The notes under the pieces were generated by a model. It did not search any database. It had not been told where the DNA came from and was given only the letters and a program-made list of their open reading frames with translations. Source: Octopus vulgaris (taxonomy: Eukaryota). Taken from it: 64,000 nucleotides of DNA. The stretch spans positions 8,928,001-8,992,000 of the forward strand of contig OX597837.1 of NCBI GenBank assembly GCA_951406725.2. Reading direction: 5' to 3'. This document shows positions 42,400-58,139 of the stretch, piece after piece (within the stretch, counting starts at the first letter, position 1; the number at the start of each line of letters is the position of its first letter). A program made the translations under genes and the position numbers.

Positions 42400-42482
42400 A
42401 AATAAATAGAAGAGTGCCATATCATGTGAAATTTGTTGAACAATATTTCGGCATCTAGCGTTATTATTATTATTATTATCAT

Positions 42483-42548
<66 letters not shown>

Positions 42549-43775
42549 TAGTAGTAGTAGTAGTATCATTATTATTTTATTATTATTATTATTATCATTA
42601 TTATTATTTTATGTTTGACTTTTACATTGCATTTGTTCAAGTTGGCATAAATTCTCACCCAGAGACCTCAAGAGACAGCAAGTTAGAAGATGCTCCGCAG
42701 TCGAACTAAACCCGGAAACATGTGGTTGAGAAGCAGATCCCAGGAAACAGGTAAATTCACCGGTGTTCCACTAGTGGTTATCTTTCTTCAAAAGAAGACA
42801 ATATTATCTATTCTTTGTATGCTTCTCTCAAATTTAGCAAAATATATTATGTCACAACCATTCTCGCAAGCACCGTTCGGCTGCTTTTCATCTTGAATAT
42901 TTACATAAACTGCGTTTTAGGTTCCAATAACCGAATACCAAATTATATAATTAAGACACACATCTCATACATGTACATACATTTACATACTTGCACATAC
43001 ACAGGTATATTTAAAATACATTCATGTTTAAAACATTACAATCTTCGTCGGTAGTAATTATATGGTTGAAAAATCAACGTCTTTGGTGTATGCTGATAAT
43101 CTTTAGTCCTAAGTAATTTCCTCCCTGATTAGCATAATGAATATAAAAAAAAAATTCACTCTCTCCCCACCACCAACACCACCACCACCACCACCACCAC
43201 CACCGCCGCCATTATATAGAGCTATTTTAATTAAATGCTGCCTCGAAAGTTAATAGTGGATTTTTAAGCAGTCGGATGGCTATGCGCAACATCAGCGAAT
43301 GTTTTATTCACGCTTACCCATGTCTCAAAGATGACGATTTCTCGTTCGTACTTGTAGCTGGTTGCCAACAGGGGCCATTTAGATGGAACCAAATGAAAAA
43401 ACATGTGCGTTCGAAGGAACGTAATTCTGTCTGTTGGGTCATATGCATGCGAGTTCATAAAAGGTAATATCTCAAGATAAATACTGTCGCAAACAGCCGA
43501 TAGGCATACCGTATGGCACTCGGATGGCTATTTTGACTAGATATTCCTTGAATTGCGTATGTAGGATATGTAAATATATATATATTCATACATATATATA
43601 TGTATATATAAAATACAAAAATGGGACAAGAACGCAAAACATCCACTACGGACCATACAAAGAAAACAAGGACGGGTTATTCGAAGTTTTCTTTCTTCAG
43701 TCGAGTTCCATATAATCTTTGCAATATCAGCTAGTTATACTGGTTATGCATGTTTATCTTTATGTATGTCTTCAT

Positions 43776-43857
<82 letters not shown>

Positions 43858-43858
<1 letters not shown>

Positions 43859-44010
43859 ACGGGCTCCTTTTAGTTTCCGTCTAACAAATCTACTCACAAG
43901 TCTTTGGTTGGCCCGCGGCTGTAGTAGAAGACGCTTGCTCAAGATGCCACGCAGTTAGACTGAACCTGGAACCACGTGGTCAGTAAGCAAGCTACTTACC
44001 ACACAGTCAC
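43858..44010 (-). mobile_element. SINE family B, 5' half
   Basis: Reverse complement of the family B head. Confidence 0.75.
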
Positions 44011-44022
44011 GGTTCAGTGTAA

Positions 44023-44093
<71 letters not shown>

Positions 44094-44894
44094 AAAAGAC
44101 AGACAGATAGAGAGATAGAGAGATAGAATGATAGATAGAGATCGACCGACAGACTGACAATGAAGCAGAGAGATAGATATGAACATTGATATGTATGCAT
44201 ATATTCATATATCGCCAAGTGTATGTGTGTATGAACACATGCATATACATATTTCACGATGTGTAATTACTTTATCATTGATTGTTCTGTGTGCGCATGT
44301 TTTTATACGTGTTTGTACTTGAGCCCGCTGTGCAAGAATAATGTAACATCGTATGAAATTAAATATAGTATCCTATATTTTTATATAACTTAGAGAAAGG
44401 ACAGCAATTCACATGATTGTTGCTGTGAGACTCTACAACTAATAACAACACGAGGGGAATTTGTTCCAGACAGAAAGCATGATGTGAATAATTAAAGCGC
44501 AATAGACTCTCCTCTAGTAACACCCAATATTCAAATGCTGGTGTTGGACTAAGTGTAAAGTTAATTCTAACATCTAAAATTTGTTTTGGAGAGAGCGTGT
44601 GTATTCTGCGGTTGAGCGTACCTTATACATAAGTATGAGTGTAAATGTGTATATTTCTATATATGTATGTTCGTGGTTTGTGCTGCGAATTGTGGTTTCT
44701 GTTGAGAATTTCCTTGCGTAAGAGACGAGAATTTCCCGTGATGATATATGTGTAACTGGGAAAGATCTGTAGTAAATACTCGCCAGATTATTTTGTATGT
44801 ATGTGAGAGTCTATACTAATCAAGCAACTATCTAGTCTGATATGCCCATGTGAATAGTTTCTAAACAAGACCCTATACGCTCTCTCCATTATGT

Positions 44895-45130
44895 ACGAGG
44901 TGCGCTCAAAAGGTATACGACTTTATTTTCCCGACAAACTAATTCCGCGAGGGCAAAATACTCTTGATGGGAGGTGACGCTAATTTTCTGCGCAAGCATG
45001 GAAATTACTCCGCCATAAGGCCGCATCAGTTCCCGGCTGCTGCGTCTTAAGTACAAGTGTGTAGTGTGCGTACGTCGGATTTTCGTTTGAACGGAACGCA
45101 TCAAGCAGACATTTTGTATTTCGCCTCTCC
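44895..45130. mobile_element. mariner-like terminal fragment
   Basis: TA-CGAGGTGCGCTCAAAAGGT resembles TACGAGG-type mariner TIRs; no partner TIR found. Confidence 0.4.
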
Positions 45131-45134
45131 TCAT

Positions 45135-45278
45135 GTTCTGATTTCAAATTCCGCCGAGGTTAACTTCCTCTTTCATTATTTCGTGGTCGATGAAATAAGT
45201 CACACTGTGTTAGATATAATAGACTAACCCCTTCCCACATAATTTCAAGCCCTGTGCCTATGGTAGAAAGAATTATTG

Positions 45279-45364
<86 letters not shown>

Positions 45365-45372
45365 TATTATCA

Positions 45373-45430
<58 letters not shown>

Positions 45431-45444
45431 CATCTTCATTATTA

Positions 45445-45478
<34 letters not shown>

Positions 45479-45492
45479 CATCATCATTATTA

Positions 45493-45526
<34 letters not shown>

Positions 45527-45715
45527 GATTATGATTATTATTATAATTGCTGTTGTTGTTGTTTTTGTTATTGTTGTTGTTATTAAATAAGGTGGCGAGC
45601 TGGCAGAATCGTTAGAAAAAAGGGCAAAATGCAAAATGCTTAGCAGTATTTCGTCCTTATTTACGAGTTCGGAGTTCCAATTTCCCCGAGGTAAACTTTA
45701 CATCTGGGTCGATGA
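45135..45715 (+). mobile_element. Two family A fragments (45135-45270, 45590-45715) separated by an (ATT)n tract
   Basis: Family A motifs flanking the (ATT)n at 45281-45540. Confidence 0.7.
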
Positions 45716-45874
45716 ACAAAAATGAAATATAAGTGCAAAAAAAGGTAGAGAAGAGAACGATATAGGGTTTTAAAGCAGTATTTGCATCTTGTTTCAAATA
45801 TATGCATATTCATTATTATGAATAAGAATATGTTTAAATATCTAACTTGTCTTTTATTCTTGAATTCTACGCGG

Positions 45875-45959
45875 TCGTCTGATGAGAACGGTATTCTATT
45901 GTAATGATGTAAAGCATTCATTGATTAATTAAAGGAGTCGCTCGAAACGGCCGTAATGA
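45875..45959 (+). ncRNA. Hammerhead ribozyme with long stem II insert
   Basis: TCGT-CTGATGA-GAACG...CGCTC-GAAA-C(GGCC)G-TA-ATGA; palindromic GGCC loop, GUA cleavage triplet. Confidence 0.8.
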
Positions 45960-46307
45960 ATTGATACAAACATATTTGTTATTAATTCGTGTTTTACGCA
46001 CTTACCTTAGAATCTGCACTTCAGAAGTATTCGACAAGTGTCTTTATATAAAGTATGTCTGAACAAATAAGACCAGATTTATTCACTAATTTGGATCGTG
46101 CCATCTGCATACACTGCAAGAATATTATTTGAATGGGAAAATAATATTGAGTGTGCAAATAAGTTCGGCGTAAGAAGGTGCTTCAATTTAAGTAAATAAT
46201 ACGACCGAATCTACATTACATTTTCATATATAATATCGGATAACATTAATATATATACAACGTGCAAACACCACTATATTTCTATGTGTATGTGCATATA
46301 TTTAATA

Positions 46308-46598
46308 CTAGCAGTATCGCCCGGCGTTGCTCGGGTTGTAAGGGAAATAAATATATAAACATTTTTAGAGAGTTATAGCCAAAAAATAGCAAAAAAATGC
46401 ATTAAAATGGAAAAATATGATGGTAAATTTTTTTAAAATCGTAGACTCATCGTAGACGCACGCTAATACCCAGAAGGGCTCGATATGAATCACGACTATA
46501 AGATACCCGCTTTTGGTTAAACTGCACCGCAAAATGTGGGAGTAGTTAGGAATCTAAATCGTAGGAGACAGACACACAACTTCACTCTTATATAAAGA
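46308..46598 (-). mobile_element. Non-autonomous Helitron
   Basis: Minus strand starts TC and ends CTAG, inserted between A and T; subterminal hairpin CCCGGCGTTGCTCGGG. Confidence 0.8.
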
Positions 46599-47269
46599 TG
46601 CTTTTTTTTTTTCAGTCATAGAGTTAGATTTATGAAGGTCTTCAGTAGAAAATCCTTCGAATTCTGACTCGCTGCTTGATATAATGAAATTCGTATCCAT
46701 TTTTTGTCAGAATTACAAATTTTGAAAACACAATAGGAACAAATTTCGGAAAAAATCTCCCATAATTCACGGAATTAAAATTACACTTCGATTTTTGTAC
46801 AAAACTGTAGTTGAAGTGTTTACGAAGTATAATACGTGTTTTCACGAATGTAGTAAAGAGATTTGCTCTGATATTCTCATTTTATGAATAGGTAAATTCG
46901 GGCGGCTTGGTAACTATATATAAGTGTCGTCTGTTTATACATAAACACTGTTTCATACTGCAATTATATATACTTATAACTATATATAATATTATATAAT
47001 AAAATATATACAGAGTAAAATAAAAACCAATTTACCTTTTCTGTCCGTCCGTGTGTCTTTGCAAATGTGTTGGAATGATAAGTGAGTTGAGTTTTGGCGC
47101 CTTTTTTACTAATAACAAACACACACGTGTTTGTATGTAGTTGTATCTGTATGTAGTTGTATGTAGTTGTATATGTATGTGTATGCGTGTGTGTGAGGAA
47201 TGACACACACACACTCACGCACGCACACATGTACATCAATGCTTTCGGAGTGATATGTTAAAATATTGA

Positions 47270-47764
47270 GTTTTCTCGAATTTTGTCTTAATTGGTGGTA
47301 AAATTGAAAGAAATTTTTTATGGCATCACCCACTGAAGTACTCTGAAAAATCTTAGGTAAATTCTAATTGAAGAAATTGTGTGAGGAGTAAATGGTTATG
47401 TATTTATTTGTTTCTGTTTGCTGTGTTTTTTATTTTTTGAGTAGTGGTTTAAATACTTTCAGTTTAGTCTTCCTCAAATCACTCTGTCGCTATTTACTTT
47501 CATTTTATTCGTTGCACACTGTGTGTGTGCGGTTGCGTGTGGTGTAAACCAGACTAAGAAAAGCATTTGACACACACACCAGAATGTGAGTGTTCTGTAA
47601 ATTTTGCTTAATTGGAGTTTAAATTTTAAAAACTGGACCTGGCATGACGCGATGCATTGTACTCTTAAAAATGCTAGGTAAATTGTAATTGAAGAAATCC
47701 TATATTGTAGATTTCTATAACTCCCAAAGGGAGGCAGATAAAATCTGCCTTTTATAATAAGAGA
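47270..47764 (-). mobile_element. Probable Helitron-like 5' portion with internal duplication
   Basis: Minus strand starts A|TCTCTTATTATAAAAGGCAG; 47279-47380 and 47599-47700 are diverged direct copies. Confidence 0.4.
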
Positions 47765-47787
47765 TATATGTTTACATAGTGACATGT

Positions 47788-47933
<146 letters not shown>

Positions 47934-48015
47934 CATATGCGTACGTATGTATATCTATGTATGTAAAGTAATACCAGCACGTGGATATACCGATACTTGT
48001 ACTTGCATATGCACG

Positions 48016-48072
<57 letters not shown>

Positions 48073-48294
48073 ACATATATACATATATATTATATGTTCG
48101 CTCCTAACGCAGTAAACATCGGTTCACATAAAACATCTCATTACTAATCCATTCACAGAGGTTAGCAATGGGAATACTCCACAGGAACTTTTTCCCAAAA
48201 CGCAATATTAATACTTCGCTTATTAATCATTATGAACAACTTGCAGCAAGCAGGAAGTTTTACGTTGTTTTAATGATTTATTTATTCCTTCGTA

Positions 48295-48765
<471 letters not shown>

Positions 48766-49204
48766 CTATCAATCCTGGAGTGCACGTTACTCTGTGTTAG
48801 ATATCGCCATGAAAGTTACATTAAGCTGATTAATTAGCAAAACTGTTTTCAAATTGCAGTTTTTCCCCCTAGCTTTGCCATACGAAACGCTCATGAGAAG
48901 TTTTAGGTAAACCATAGCCATGTTTACAAGTATATACCATATATTCTACACACACGCACAAACACACATACATATATGTACATATATATATATATATATT
49001 ATGTGTTATATATATATATACATGTGTTGTGTATTGTGTGTGTATGTGTGTAGGCGTGACTGTTGTGAGATGTTTCTTCCTTAATCACATGATTTCTGCG
49101 TAGCATCTTGCGCAAATGTTTTCTACTATACCCCTGGGCTAACCACAATGCTAAAAGTGCATTTGTAGACCGCAACTAAAAGATTTCCCGTATTCTTTTA
49201 TTCT

Positions 49205-49352
49205 CTTATCATATGTTTCAGCTCAATGATCGCAGAGCAACGTGAAATGAAGTACCTTGCTCAAGAACACAACATGCCGACCGGTGTGGGGATCGAACCC
49301 ACGATCTTGCAATCGCGAGTACAACGCTCTAGCCACTAAGCCATGCGCCTTC
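49205..49352 (-). mobile_element. tRNA-derived SINE head (family C relative)
   Basis: Minus strand GGCGCATGGCTTAGTGGCTAGAGCG...GGGTTCGATCCCC (A and B boxes); body fragment also at about 55935-55980. Confidence 0.75.
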
Positions 49353-49458
49353 ATACATATAATGTTTGTGTGTGTTTGTGTATGTGTGTGCTTATATATA
49401 TATGTGTGTGTGTATGTATATATGTATATGTGTGTATATATATGTGTGCGTATATATA

Positions 49459-49490
<32 letters not shown>

Positions 49491-49737
49491 CACACATATA
49501 TATATCTATGTATATATATATGTTTGTTGAAATGGAAAGATGAATTATCTTGTTACGGATTATTCAAAAGTTTAACCGATACCTGGGTAGCAAAAATCAC
49601 AGCAGAAAAAACACGGTTGGAGATATGACCATATGGTGTTGCAACCGTGCGTTGGCGCGGATAATTGAAGTTTAATATAATTAGTGAATGGAAGAAATGG
49701 AGTTGAACGAAGATTGTACAGAATTCCTTTTATTACA

Positions 49738-49817
49738 TTCTACACATGTTTCAAAGGCCACAATTTTCCAAATTCTGATTAAATAAGGATACCATATTGC
49801 AGCTTTCTCTTCAGGAA
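49738..49817 (-). ncRNA. Hammerhead ribozyme with extended stem II
   Basis: Reverse complement of 49913-49992. Confidence 0.85.
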
Positions 49818-49912
49818 AAACCAGGAATTACGTTGTCAGAACAAAACAAAACAAAGGCGCAGCAAAGCAATTCGAACGTGGACGCTCCTTAAGAGCCCAT
49901 AATTCCTGGTTT

Positions 49913-49992
49913 TTCCTGAAGAGAAAGCTGCAATATGGTATCCTTATTTAATCAGAATTTGGAAAATTGTGGCCTTTGAAACATGTGTAGAA
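49913..49992 (+). ncRNA. Hammerhead ribozyme with extended stem II
   Basis: TTC-CTGAAGA-G-AAAGCTGCAAT...ATTGTGGCCTTT-GAAA-C(ATGT)G-TA-GAA. Confidence 0.85.
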
Positions 49993-50050
49993 TGTAATAA
50001 AAGGAATTCTGTACAATCTTCGTTCATCTCCATTTCTTCCATTCACTAAT

Positions 50051-50162
<112 letters not shown>

Positions 50163-50373
50163 CATATATAAATTCAAATTACGATGAACGTAAACAAACA
50201 AACGTTAAGAAGGTTAAACAAGTGATTTTAAAGTTTCAAACGCAGGATAATGATAATAAAATAGCCTGAACAGGATAAACGACCCCTATTTTGCAGAAAA
50301 ATGTCATGGCGGCCGACTCTGAGACACGAACTCACAGCTCCGTGATTACGTATATACATACATACGTACATAT

Positions 50374-50440
<67 letters not shown>

Positions 50441-50548
50441 TGACCTCTGCCCGAAGTCGCCCGAAGTCAGAACGCCATGTTAGATCGTTAGCTCCTACAT
50501 GCATTTTTTATATCCTTTTTTCTCTCCTTGTTTTTTTTTTTCTGTGTA

Positions 50549-50586
50549 TCTTTCTGTCGAAGAGCGTAGGCTCGAAACGTAAAAGA
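50549..50586 (+). ncRNA. Minimal hammerhead variant in a short unit (50440-50683) flanked by (TA)n
   Basis: TCTTT-CTGTCGA (one core change)-A-GAGC(GTAG)GCTC-GAAA-CG-TA-AAAGA. Confidence 0.7.
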
Positions 50587-51255
50587 CTTTTTCTATTTCT
50601 ATTCCTGAGCACCATACTAATACGTTTGTTTGTTCGTACTCCACCTGCCTTCGTCTTTTGCTTATTTTCGTAAACCTTCCCGTTATATATATATATATAC
50701 ATGTATAAGTTTATTTCAATAGTGAGATTATTCGACAGCACATGGTTCAAACTTAATCTTTCAAAATTGCCATATTCTGGACGGCAGACTTATGTCTCGC
50801 ACTCATTACAATGTACAAAAAAATCCCCCAGCTTAGTATGAAACAGCAAAATGGCTGCATGAATGAATTGGACGAGATCATCTAAAACATTTTACATCAT
50901 AAGTAGGTATGTGAAAAGAAGAATTTCACCATAAATGAATGAATAAATATAAAAATACATAAATAAATAAAGAAATAATAATAATTATAATAATAATTCC
51001 AATAATGATATTAATGATGATCATAACAATGATAATGAAATTAATGCTAATAACAACAAAAACTCTAATAATAACTGTGTTGATAATAAACATAATAATA
51101 TTGATAATAACCACGACTATCCGAATGATAATATAGACTACTCACTTCATATTTCGTGGAATCACCATAATACACGAATATAGGTCGTTATTCAAGCAAA
51201 ACATTCATACTTCCGCGCGCGCGTGTGTGTGTGTGTGTATGTGTGTGTCTGTATA

Positions 51256-51308
<53 letters not shown>

Positions 51309-51528
51309 GCATACATATCTATTTATGTGTATATATAAGCATATATATATAAATGGATATGTGTGTATATATCAATATCTATACATGTATATCAGTATAT
51401 GAGTGTATATATATATATATATATATATATACATACACACACACATACACATATATATACATACACATATACACACGCACACACACACACATATATATAT
51501 ACATATATATATACACGCACACACACAA

Positions 51529-51565
<37 letters not shown>

Positions 51566-52096
51566 CACACACATATTTACCTACCTACCTGCCTACCTAC
51601 ATACATACATACGTACATACATATGCACACACAAAAAACACACACACACACAAACACACACACATACACACATATCTATATATACATATGTATACCGTTG
51701 TAATGTTTGTGAAAGACAAGCTGAATTCTATTGAAGAAGAACGCAATTTCGATAATTAATTTTAATATCCATTGTTATAAACATATTTATAGTCTTTGTG
51801 ATAGCGATTTTAAAAAGCCATACATTAACAAAGATCGCTAAATAAAAGCACTCACCAATTTGTTTGGATTTTCTGCTTTATTCTTATTTTTAGCCGCCAT
51901 CTTTCCAATTTGTTTATTTTTGACTTTTGTCTTTTATTTTTCTTTCAAACTGTTGCTGTTGTTGTTGTTGTTGTTGTTGCTCTCCGTTATATTGTTTGTC
52001 AATCAATTCTACTCATTCTCTCTTTTCTCACTTCCTCTTTTTTTACTGTCTGTCTGTCTGTCTATCTGTGTTTCTGTGTTACAGTATGTATGAAAC

Positions 52097-52400
<304 letters not shown>

Positions 52401-52763
52401 ATATATATATATATTTATACCTATCTATTTACCTCTCTCTCTCTCTCTATTTATCTATCTATCCGTCTCTGTCTGTCTGCCTGTCTATCTAATATATGTG
52501 TGTGTGTGTGGTGTGCATGTTTGTATGTTTGTATGTGTACGCATACACATACATAAAAGCATAGCAACTCCATCCATATATACCTCTATCTCATTCACTA
52601 TATTTCTCTTTCGATCTCAGTCGATCTCGCCACTTGTTCTATTATTCGCTATTCTTCTCTCCGCCTCTCTCTCCCGCTCTCTCTCTCTCTCTCTCACTCT
52701 TGCACTCTCGGTCTTCCTCTTTCATCTATCTCTCACTCTATTCCTCACTCTCTATCACACACT

Positions 52764-52799
<36 letters not shown>

Positions 52800-53441
52800 T
52801 CATAGTTTCTCATTTCCTATTCTTTAGTTCCATTAGCCAGGCTCGCCGAATCTTTCTCCATTTCTTGTAGGTACTATATATCCCTTTTTCTTTGTCTCTC
52901 ACTCTTTCTCTCCTTACTTTTTTTCCTATCTCCACCAACATACACATTCATACATCCTCTACCGTCTCTCTAATTAACTCCCCTTTCAATTTATCTCTCC
53001 CTTTTCTCTCCCTTTTCTCTCACTTGCTCTACCTTCTTTTCTCCGTATGATCTCCCATACTTTCTCTCCCTCTGTACGACGCCCTTGTCCTTCCATCTCT
53101 ATTCCCCATCTCTTTCTTACGTTCCGTTTCTCTGTTCCATTAGGTAACTTCTCTAATGCAAAAACATTATCATACGTTCGAAACTACATTGTATTATTAA
53201 TTAATATTTAATTGCGTAAAAGCTTAAGCAAAACTAAACAATGTATTCTCTGACGCAAGTGAATATTTGTTTGTTCTTCCAGATAATGGATATGCAAATA
53301 AGTATGGTTCGGAAATTCAACAGAGAAAAATCGTAACAAATGTACAAAGAGAAGGAAGACACGCGTTAACAAACAAACATGTGTGTGCGTAAGTGTGTGC
53401 GAGTGTGAGTGTGTTTGTGTGTGTGTGAATGTATGTGGTTG

Positions 53442-53484
<43 letters not shown>

Positions 53485-53754
53485 CATATATATATGCAGA
53501 TATATATGTATGTATGTATATATATATATATATGTATATGTATATATATATATAATATATACATATTTATACACACAGATACGTGCATCTGCTCATGCAT
53601 TCATACACACACACCCACACAAACACACACACATATATATATATATTTGTATGTATGTATGTATATGCACGTGTGTGTGTATATGTATACATTTACATAT
53701 AAGCATATACATATACCTATATATATATATATATACATATAGATATAGACAGAA

Positions 53755-53831
<77 letters not shown>

Positions 53832-54073
53832 CGAGTGTGTGTGTGTGTGTGAATCGTAAAATGAAATAAATTTTTACCGAAAATAGATTTTTCCTAATGT
53901 AAGTTGAGAGCGCTGTGATAATGTATGTAGGTAGCGGGTGGGTTGTAGGGGGAATAATTTGAAATAACCGTACACAATGATCATTATTTATCATCATCGT
54001 CATCATCATCATCATCATCAGTATTATTATCATGATCATCTTTATAATATTAATAATAATAATGATAATAATA

Positions 54074-54132
<59 letters not shown>

Positions 54133-54627
54133 CATAATTGTTATTACGTTTCGTTGTTAAAAATAACGGAGATTATTATTTCTTATTTATCTGCATTATC
54201 GCTCAGAGAATCTAATATAGTCTTGTCTCATAAGAACAAAATTTACTAGTCATCTAAACACGCACATGCACTGACACACACACACACTCAGACAGACGCA
54301 CACACATACTCACAAATGCACACGCTGTCTACCTTTGTGTCTGTCCGCCTCTCTCTCTGCGTCTTTCTCTCTCTCTCCCTCTCTATATTAGTTTACCAAT
54401 GTGATTTACTGCTTACTAATCTTGTCGAGCAATGCTTAAATATGTCGTGAACTACTTCTAATCAATTAATGCATATGTGGAATTATATAACCAGGCCAAG
54501 AAATGTTCCGTGCATTTGCAAAAAAGCATAGCTAAATCTCCCTCAAATCATAAGCCACTCAAACGATTCGCAATGATTTTCCAGGAACGGCATTTTTGAT
54601 CTTTGTTCAAGTTGTATTAAGCAATAC

Positions 54628-54752
54628 AGTTCAATATTTAAGAGATGAGGAATTATGTACACTATTTACATTATTTACATTTCACGGATAGTTGTCCTCA
54701 ATTTGTTTGTTGTTAACACAACGTTATATCATATATATTTCGACTGATATAA
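54628..54752 (-). mobile_element. 3' remnant of the 29.3-kb HHR-bearing element
   Basis: ATATTTAAGAGATGAG...GTTGTTAACACAACGTT matches 29256-29343; the HHR is interrupted by an AT-rich insert. Confidence 0.7.
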
Positions 54753-54774
54753 TTATATATATATATATATCAAT

Positions 54775-55060
54775 GGGTGACGCGTTGTGTTCTTGAGGAA
54801 AACACTCCATTTCGCGTTGCACCAGTCCACTCATCTGGCATAAATGAATAACACTGCGATGGACTGGCGTCCCATCCATCTGGGGGAACACATATGCCAT
54901 TGAAACCGGGAAACCGGGCTCATGCTCCTCGCTAGGCTTTAAAAGGGCGCATTTATTTTCTGCGATGGACTGGCGCCCTGTCCAGCATGGGGGATCACAT
55001 ACGCCACAGAAATCGGGATACCGGGCCCATGAGCCTGGCTAGGCTTGAAAAGGGTGACAA
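54775..55060 (+). mobile_element. SINE family C-type body with duplicated 3' module
   Basis: CTGCGATGGACTGGCG...GAAACCGGG...GCTAGGCTT occurs twice and matches 18620-18720. Confidence 0.75.
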
Positions 55061-56799
55061 AAATATATATACACACATACATACATACACACACATACAT
55101 ACACACGTACGTACAAATATACATGCATACATATACATACATACATGCATACATACATACATGCATGCATACATACATACATACATACATACATACATAC
55201 ATACATACATACATACACACATACATACATTATATATAGCTTAATCAGTATCACTTTTTTGAAGCACATTTTCGCAAAACCAGAAAGAACAAACCTAACC
55301 AAGAGATATTATCTATAAGCTATCCAAAGTAATCTAAAAATATGCAAAAATATTCGAGATGTTTTGGCTGTTATACGATTTAGAAATGCAATGATATGCA
55401 ATCCTACAACCATGTGGGTTTGCACTTGTTTATCTATATACACATGTAGATGCATTCATGATTCCATAAAACGTACACACACAGATAAACGCAAGGAATA
55501 TTGGTGGAATATTCCAATCACTACTTTTAGCAAATACGAATATTATAACGGGGCTGAGATAGTTATTTGGGACTGAGAAGAAGTGTAATGTGCTGTCATG
55601 AAAAATAAACTGCACAGCACTTGTGAACATCTCTTTTACAATCAGCGTGAAGAGAAATATCAGGGGACATCTGTCTACAAATCTGAAACTCATTTACATT
55701 TACTTATAAATTCTTCTTTCGGTTATGTAAGTAGAGATTTAAGTGGTAATCTAGGAAAGTTATGATTTTCAAGTAAAGAACGAGACTATTTTGATACGAA
55801 ATTTAGATACACTTCTTTGTAAATGGAATGATATAAAAATGTGCAAATCTTTCATTAAATCCAAATGGAAAGAAATGTCTTCATTGATCATATCTAAATT
55901 TCAGTGATGAGACTGTTGATTCTTTGTTAGAAACCAAGAGCAACGTGAAATGAAGTGTAATGCTCAAGAACACAACGCATCGCTGTAGAAATAGTTGCGG
56001 CGGCATTGGTGCCAAACTATATTTGCCTTTGCCTTTCGGTGGCTTGGGGAGTGGAGGCCGGAATGCACGGGCGACTACTGGTCTTCTATAAACAAATTTG
56101 GCCGGACTTGTGACTCGGTGGGGAACTTTCTGGGTGCAATCCTATGGTCATTTATGAGTGAAAGGTGTCTTGACCTTTATTATTCTATCCAAAATGAACA
56201 CGATCAGATATGACCTTTCATATGGTCATAAATATGGTAATGACAAGTGTTACTTGCAGTAGGTATTTAGGGAGCTCACCAGCCACGCTGATGCTTGCCT
56301 TCATCCCATCATGAATGCCTCATTGTTCTTTCTATTTTAACTACGGCCAAGAAGTTTATACAAAACAAAATACAGAAATTACAAATTAAGAGTTACTTAT
56401 GATTGCCTATGAGAAAAGGTTCGAACTGGGCCAATCACACGCTCGAAAATAACGTATACCTTTTCAAAACAGGGATTCCTAGTCTCTACATTAGGAGATT
56501 GAAACGGGGGCGCAGGTGCTAAATCAGACCTTACCTTCCAGAGAAATATCTAAACAAAGGCTAGGAGTATCTCTCTGTGATATGTTACGGCTCAGTTGCC
56601 GCCACTGAATTTATCCGCCTTTTGACACACACACACACACACACACATGCATACATATATATACGTAATACACACATACTTACGTACAAACATACATACA
56701 TACATGGGTACATATATACATACATGTGTACATACATAAATAGATATACGTAAATACATGCATACATACGTTCATTGATTCAGTGATAGATAGACTGAC

Positions 56800-56842
<43 letters not shown>

Positions 56843-57790
56843 CAGACAGATAGACAGACAGATATATACATACATATATACATATATACATACATGCATG
56901 CATATGAACGTAACAAGGAATAATCAACGCAAATTACCGCCGAGGTCTGTAGGGGTGTCACGGGAACTGCAACTAAGTTGACAGACGACGTATCTAACGC
57001 ACACACACACAAACACACACGCGCACACTTACACACACATACACACACACACACCTACAACTAAACTTACTAAGTACAAAATACAGAACACGAAAGACAG
57101 AATACAAACGAGTAAAAGTGAAATAGGAAATGGGATTTACGAAATACGAAATTCCAAGGATGAAAGGAGAAATACTGAAAGACAAAAAGCTGAAGAACTG
57201 AGACAAAATGGATTCCATTCTCTTATAGCGAAGACAATGTATTCTAACTCCAAAATTTTCATATATTACAATGTATCGAATTATCGATTTTAAATTATGT
57301 GCCATCTTGTTTGGTAGAGTTTGTGAAAGTTAATTACACTTAGCGACGCTTCATTACCTCGGACCTAGGCTGCGTTAATTCGATGCATCGCAGAAGGAGA
57401 ACGAAAAAGGAATACAATTATTTGGGAGCAGATATATAGATGAGTTGCCAGGCTTGTTATAAGAATTCAGAACGAACAGAGAAAATGTGGAGAGAAAATA
57501 AAATAAGCAGACATTTGCATTGGAAACGACATATGCATCTGTCGGTGGCCGTATCTTACGTAACAGAGAAACATATATGACCACACACACACACACACAC
57601 AGGTACTGCACATTCGCACATACATACGTACTTACCCATAGATATTCGTTATACATTTTACTATTTTCTCTCCCAAATCTCCTTCTCCTGCTCTCTCTCT
57701 TATATATATATATATTTTTCGCTATGGGCTCCGTGTGAGCAATCATCTAAAAGTCTTTTGTGCATTTTGATGTTGACATAAGTTCCTTGC

Positions 57791-57873
57791 TTTTCCTGAT
57801 GAGAAAGCGGCATAATATACTCCTTATTCCTTCGCAATTAGGAATATGCAGCCTTTGAAACATATGTCGAAAA
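57791..57873 (+). ncRNA. Intact hammerhead ribozyme, relative of the 49.9-kb family
   Basis: TTTTC-CTGATGA-G-AAAGCGGCATA...TATGCAGCCTTT-GAAA-C(ATAT)G-TC-GAAAA; GUC triplet. Confidence 0.9.
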
Positions 57874-58139
57874 TAAAGGAATTTTGTTAATTCGTCGTTC
57901 AGCTCCATTCTTTCATATATTTATATATTTTTAAAATAAACATACAAATTTCCACACGAAAGCACGTAATCTATGCCCTAGGCACGTGACTTCAACCGTG
58001 TTTTTTTCTGATGTGAATTTGCTACCCAGGTATCGGTTAATTCGAATTATCCTTAATAAGATAATTCATTCAACTACTTATATATATATGCTCATATATA
58101 TATTACTTACTTTTTACAAATGCTTACATTTTGTACCGG

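Noticed and set aside
57186-57245. CTGAAGA...GAAGACAATGTA hammerhead-like pattern
   Set aside because: GAAA is altered and the stems are unconvincing
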